Source: the human T2T-CHM13v2.0 reference genome, Homo sapiens. From it: a DNA stretch of 64,000 nucleotides. This document shows, one piece after another, positions 59,587 to 64,000 of this stretch. Made by a program: the position numbers and the translations under genes. Under the pieces are notes generated by a model. That model saw only the letters and a program-made list of their open reading frames with translations, had not been told where the DNA came from and made no database searches. Within the stretch, counting starts at the first letter, position 1. Each line of letters starts with the position of its first letter. The stretch lies in NCBI RefSeq assembly GCF_009914755.1, contig NC_060927.1, one strand, 5' to 3'.

Positions 59587-60684
59587 GACTGTCTTTATGT
59601 CCTTGTCCAAATCTCACTTCACATAATTTTATAAAGAGCTATATTATGAGACTATTCAAATAACTTCCAAAAATATTCATGTGGACAATTCAAAAATTCC
59701 AAATTTATGTGATCAAAAAATGATTCTTTTATAGCAATGTGTGCTATATTTTCATATTAGACTATTCAGCATTTCTAAAAATGCAGACACAAAAACTCTT
59801 TTCAAAAATACAAAATGTGGAATTACAAAGTTTAAAAACATACAACAATCCAGTGATGATTCTTTGGTTTGGGAACTAGTGGAAGTAATTTTGCATCTCC
59901 TAACCATTCTGCAAGAAAGAAAGAACATCTTTGCGGTGTGAAAAGTAAATGTGTAGAAGCTGCTCTTTTTTTATTCTCCTCTGAGGCAAAGAAATGATTT
60001 TTTTAAATGTAACATATCAAAGCTAGAAAGATAACAAATTCCCAGATTCAGCTATTTTCATAGACAGTGGAAGTATCCACTGTAATAAAAATGAATAAAA
60101 TACTCTGCCAGCATCGACTCAAAGAAAGTAGAAGGAAAGTTTGCTGGCTTTGGGACCAAGGTGCTTATCCCTCCCACCCCCCAACTTTTACCACAGTTGT
60201 CTATTATAACCATTGCTAGGCTCTTCTATTCTGTGATAAAGCTTCTTTATCAAGTTTAAGGAATAAAATACAAGCACAAGTGGTGATTTTGTAATACAGG
60301 AGGTGGTCCTTTCTGATAACTGCTGGCTTCTATTTAACTTTCTAAAATTTCTGAATTTGTCTGTCCCAAAGTGGTATCTGCATGTGTGCCTGTGTGTGTG
60401 TGTGAGTGTGTTTATAATTGTCCTAGGTATTGGCAGAATTCTACAAAATTATTTTATTTATTATTTTATTTTTGGATTAACATAAATAGTTTTTGAGCTC
60501 CTGATATGCTCTGGCCATTGGAGATATCAACATACAGAAAACACAGTCAGCTTGGAGAGAGCAGCATGTAAAATGTTACAACAAACTGAGATGGCTCTTC
60601 AGGGGTCAGAGGGAAGCAGGTAAAGGATAAGCAGAGATGCATGGTGATTTGCAAGTGAGAGACTGTGATAGTGCAAATCTACCA

Positions 60685-60825
60685 CCTTTCTACTCAAAAT
60701 GTGGTCCATGAAACATCAGCCTGCACACCATCTGGAAACTCATTAGAAAGTCAGAATCACCCTTGAACTACTGAATTTGATGAGATCCCAGGTATTTACC
60801 ATGTGTTAAAGTTGGAGAAGTTTGA
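60685..60825. mobile_element. MER5A fragment
   Basis: 'ctactcaaaatgtggtcc...catctggaaactcattagaaa..cagaatc...aaagttggagaag'. Confidence 0.65.
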
Positions 60826-61160
60826 GAAGATCTGTTCTACATAAAACTTGTCATTTTTTTCTGTTAAATAAGAGAAAAAAACATTCAGAGAATATGTGTA
60901 TGTAGACTACTGAATCAAGTGTGGAGGGGTAAATCCCTATCCAATGGGAGATTAAAGAAAATGTGAAGACAAAATAGATACCTTGGGAGTGGAAGTATGG
61001 CCAAATGGTGATTTCAAACCTAGGAAGCCATATCAATAGATACCCACATCTACACAGTTTTCCTCAAGACCTCATTTCTAGCTAGTTAACATACTGGAGA
61101 AATCTTGTCTAGGGCTACTCCCAGACTGGGAAGTCAAATATTAACGTTGTCATTTCAACC

Positions 61161-62342
61161 AACTGAATAATTGATTAACTAGTTAACTAATTAAAGATTA
61201 ACAAGTTTTCATGTCAATATATCTAAAGACGAATGGAGGCACACAAAATGGATGGAAATTTACTCTTTTGAGCAACTGTCGTTTTAGCCCATGTACAGTA
61301 TAGAGTTTGTTGAAGTAATTCAAGTTTACTGCAATGGAAACATTCTGAGGGTAGGTTTAGAGTCCATGTATAGTGTGAAAATTCTGTATGATCACCGTAA
61401 TCCTTGGAAGTCCCTTAAACATGTCTTAAGCCAGCAAAAGCAGTGGCAATTGATTCAGGAATTCCAGCTTCTCCACCAACATAAAAAAAAAAACGATTAT
61501 TTTCAATTCTGAGGAGTGCTATATAAACTGAATTAACTGTTTATGGACAACTTTGTATGGAAAAAGGAAAGCCTTTTAACTTTTGAATCACAGTCAATCT
61601 TCAACCTTTATAACCAATCTCAAACCCTTTCTGATATAATTTTTATAAGCAAATACTTATCTGATTTGGCTCCACTCTGTCAGACTCATTGATCCACCTG
61701 AGTTGTCTCCTCTCCACCCTCAATGGATCCCACTGAAAAACCAAAAGATATAGTGTGTCTTTATTGGGATATTGAAAGGAAGTATCATCTATTCTAATCA
61801 ATATTAATTTACTTTACTGAGATGCAATTATCATACTAAAAAATGTATAGAACATACATAGATTGTTTGTGATTTCATAGTTAAATACATTCATATTACC
61901 ACCACCAAAAATAAAATATAGAATAATATCTCACTAAAGTTTCTTTCTGGTCATCCTCCTTAACCTTTATTTTTTATTTGTATCACCATACATTAATTTT
62001 GTCTGTTCTTGATTTTTCACAATGGAATCATACAGTATATATTTTGTTTGTATGTGTGTCTGGTTTATTTTGCTTAACATGATATTTTTGTAATTTATCC
62101 AAGTCATTTTGTGTATGCGTAGTTCACTATACATGGACTCTAAACCTACCCTCAGAATGTTTCCATTGCAGTAAAATTGAATTACTTCAACAAACTCTAT
62201 ACTGTACATGGGATAAAACGACAGTTACTCAAAAGAGTAAATTTCCATCCATTTTGTGTGCCTCCATTCATCTTCTTTAGATATATTGACATGAAAACTT
62301 GTTAATCTTTAATTAGTTAACTAATTACTTAGTTGTTCAGTT
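61161..62342. repeat. Long inverted repeat: arms 61161-61375 and 62125-62342
   Basis: The arms are reverse complements with few differences; the ORF track shows the same peptide (MYSIEFVEVIQxYCNGNILRVGLESMYS) on opposite strands. Confidence 0.97.
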
Positions 62343-64000
62343 AATTAACTAGTTAATTAATTATTCACTTTCTTGTAAACTACACATACACAAAATGTTG
62401 GATAATATTCCATTATAGAAGTATTTCATAATTTATTTATTCTTCTGTTAACGGATATTAGGGTTGTTTCCCATTTATGCCTATTACAAAAAAAGACTTC
62501 TATGAACTTTGTTATGTACTTTTTAGTGAAAATATGATTTTTCTTTTCTTGGTTAATAATTTTACATAGAAATTTGAAATAGTTCATCAAAGAAGCAACC
62601 AGCAAAATATAAAAACTTTATATTCTCACTGACATTTGGTGTTGGTCTTTTCTATCTACTCCAGTATGGATATGGTAGTGTTTCTGTTATAGTTTTAATT
62701 TTTATTTTCTTTATAACTGAGAACTTTGATTACATTTTTGGATGTTTATTGTATAGTTTCTTTTGTGAAATGTCTAACTATTTAAAATATTATTTATTGA
62801 GTTGTCTTCTTCTTATTGATTTGCAGAAATTTGTTATATGTCCTGATATCATTCCTTTGTCAGACATATGTTTTGCTAATATTTTTCTTTCATTCTGTAG
62901 CTTATATACCATTTCATTAACAGTGATTTTTTAGATAGTATATTTCATTTTGATGAAGGCCAACTAATCAATTTTTATCATTTATAATTAGTGCTTTATG
63001 TGTCCTGTCAAAATGTTTTTTTATCTTAAGTTTTCCAAGAATAGTTTTTGTTTTGTTCATTATGATTATAGTTCTAAAATTTAGATCTGTGATTCATCTC
63101 AAATTAATTTTTGTATAAGAAATGTGATCGAGATTAATATTCATTTTTTCCAAATTAAATATTTAGTTGTTACAGTAATATTTGTTTGGAAAAAATAGGA
63201 AAAGAAGAAAGTAAATGAAGACTTCTCTTTCTTCATTGAATTAACTTCACACCTTGGTTGAAGATAATTTTGTTCTACATGCGTGGGTCTATTTCTGTAC
63301 ACTTATTTTTGTTCCTTGATCTATTAGTCTGTCTTTATGTCAATAGCACACTATCTTCATTACTATGGCTATATAGTTTGTCTTGAAATCAAGAAGTATA
63401 GATCCTTCAACTTTGTTCTTTTTCAAGATTGTTCAGGCTATTCTCAGGCCTTTGTATTCTCATATAAAATTAGAACTAGCTTCTCAAAAAAGCCTAATAA
63501 AATTTTGATAGAATTTGTGATGAGTCTATTAGTCAATCTAGAGATAATATTGAGTAAAAATTGTCGAGATTTTCTTTGTGCATAAATTTAAGTCTAGTTG
63601 TATAATTAAAGTAAGAAAGTAGAGAAAATAAAATTACAGTTTAAAATGTTTTAATTTTTTTAGATTAGAAAAATATACATGTATTCTTCTTTTCTGTTTT
63701 TACAGTGAGACTGACTTTTTTTTAATTTGCAATATTGTCATAGCCATTGAAATAGAAAACAGAAATTTTTCTTTCCTGTCAAACATGTTGCAATTCTTGA
63801 TATTAATGTTTCTTGTTGGGATATTTTGAACCATATTCTGATTATTTTTCCAAATATATGATTGAAAACATGAATAGTTCATTTGGTATCTTTAATAATA
63901 ATTTTATAATAATTTTATTGATATTGGGAATGACTAATTTTCCTTATTTTCTAAATTTTACTATACATTGTATGAGTAAGGAAGATACAAAAGTGTCTTG
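61790..64000 (-). mobile_element. Old L1M (L1MA/MB/MC-like) 3' region, interrupted at ~62125-62405
   Basis: 'aatggaatcatacagtatat', 'cctttgtcagacatatgttttgctaatattttt', 'cttcaactttgttctttttcaagattg'. Confidence 0.8.

Noticed and set aside
61291-62209. Two small paralogous genes sharing the peptide MYSIEFVEVIQ
   Set aside because: The shared peptide reflects only the inverted duplication; no coding features
61161-62342. DNA transposon with long terminal inverted repeats
   Set aside because: The right arm lies inside an L1 that continues on both sides, and no TSD is visible outside the pair

Overview
AT-rich, repeat-dense hominid (most likely human) intronic or intergenic DNA. The species call rests on a full-length SVA, AluY copies and a young L1PA. 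I found no supportable host protein-coding gene, RNA gene or CRISPR array. The long ORFs come from repeats: a 17-bp minisatellite, SVA, THE1-int, HERVL and L1. Main landmarks: a ~1.78-kb 17-bp minisatellite with no stop in any + frame (31190-32966), a complete THE1 element, a full-length SVA, and an MLT2A/HERVL provirus with a ~4.5-kb internal inversion plus deletion and a 69-bp duplication. The provirus also carries an L1PA insertion with a short 3' transduction. Two complex templated-insertion scars are present: one inside a MER33, and one a ~220-bp inverted copy inside an old L1. I cannot support a genuinely new biological system; the minisatellite and the rearrangement scars are the best leads. 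Repeat subfamily names come from recalled consensus sequences and were not verified by search.
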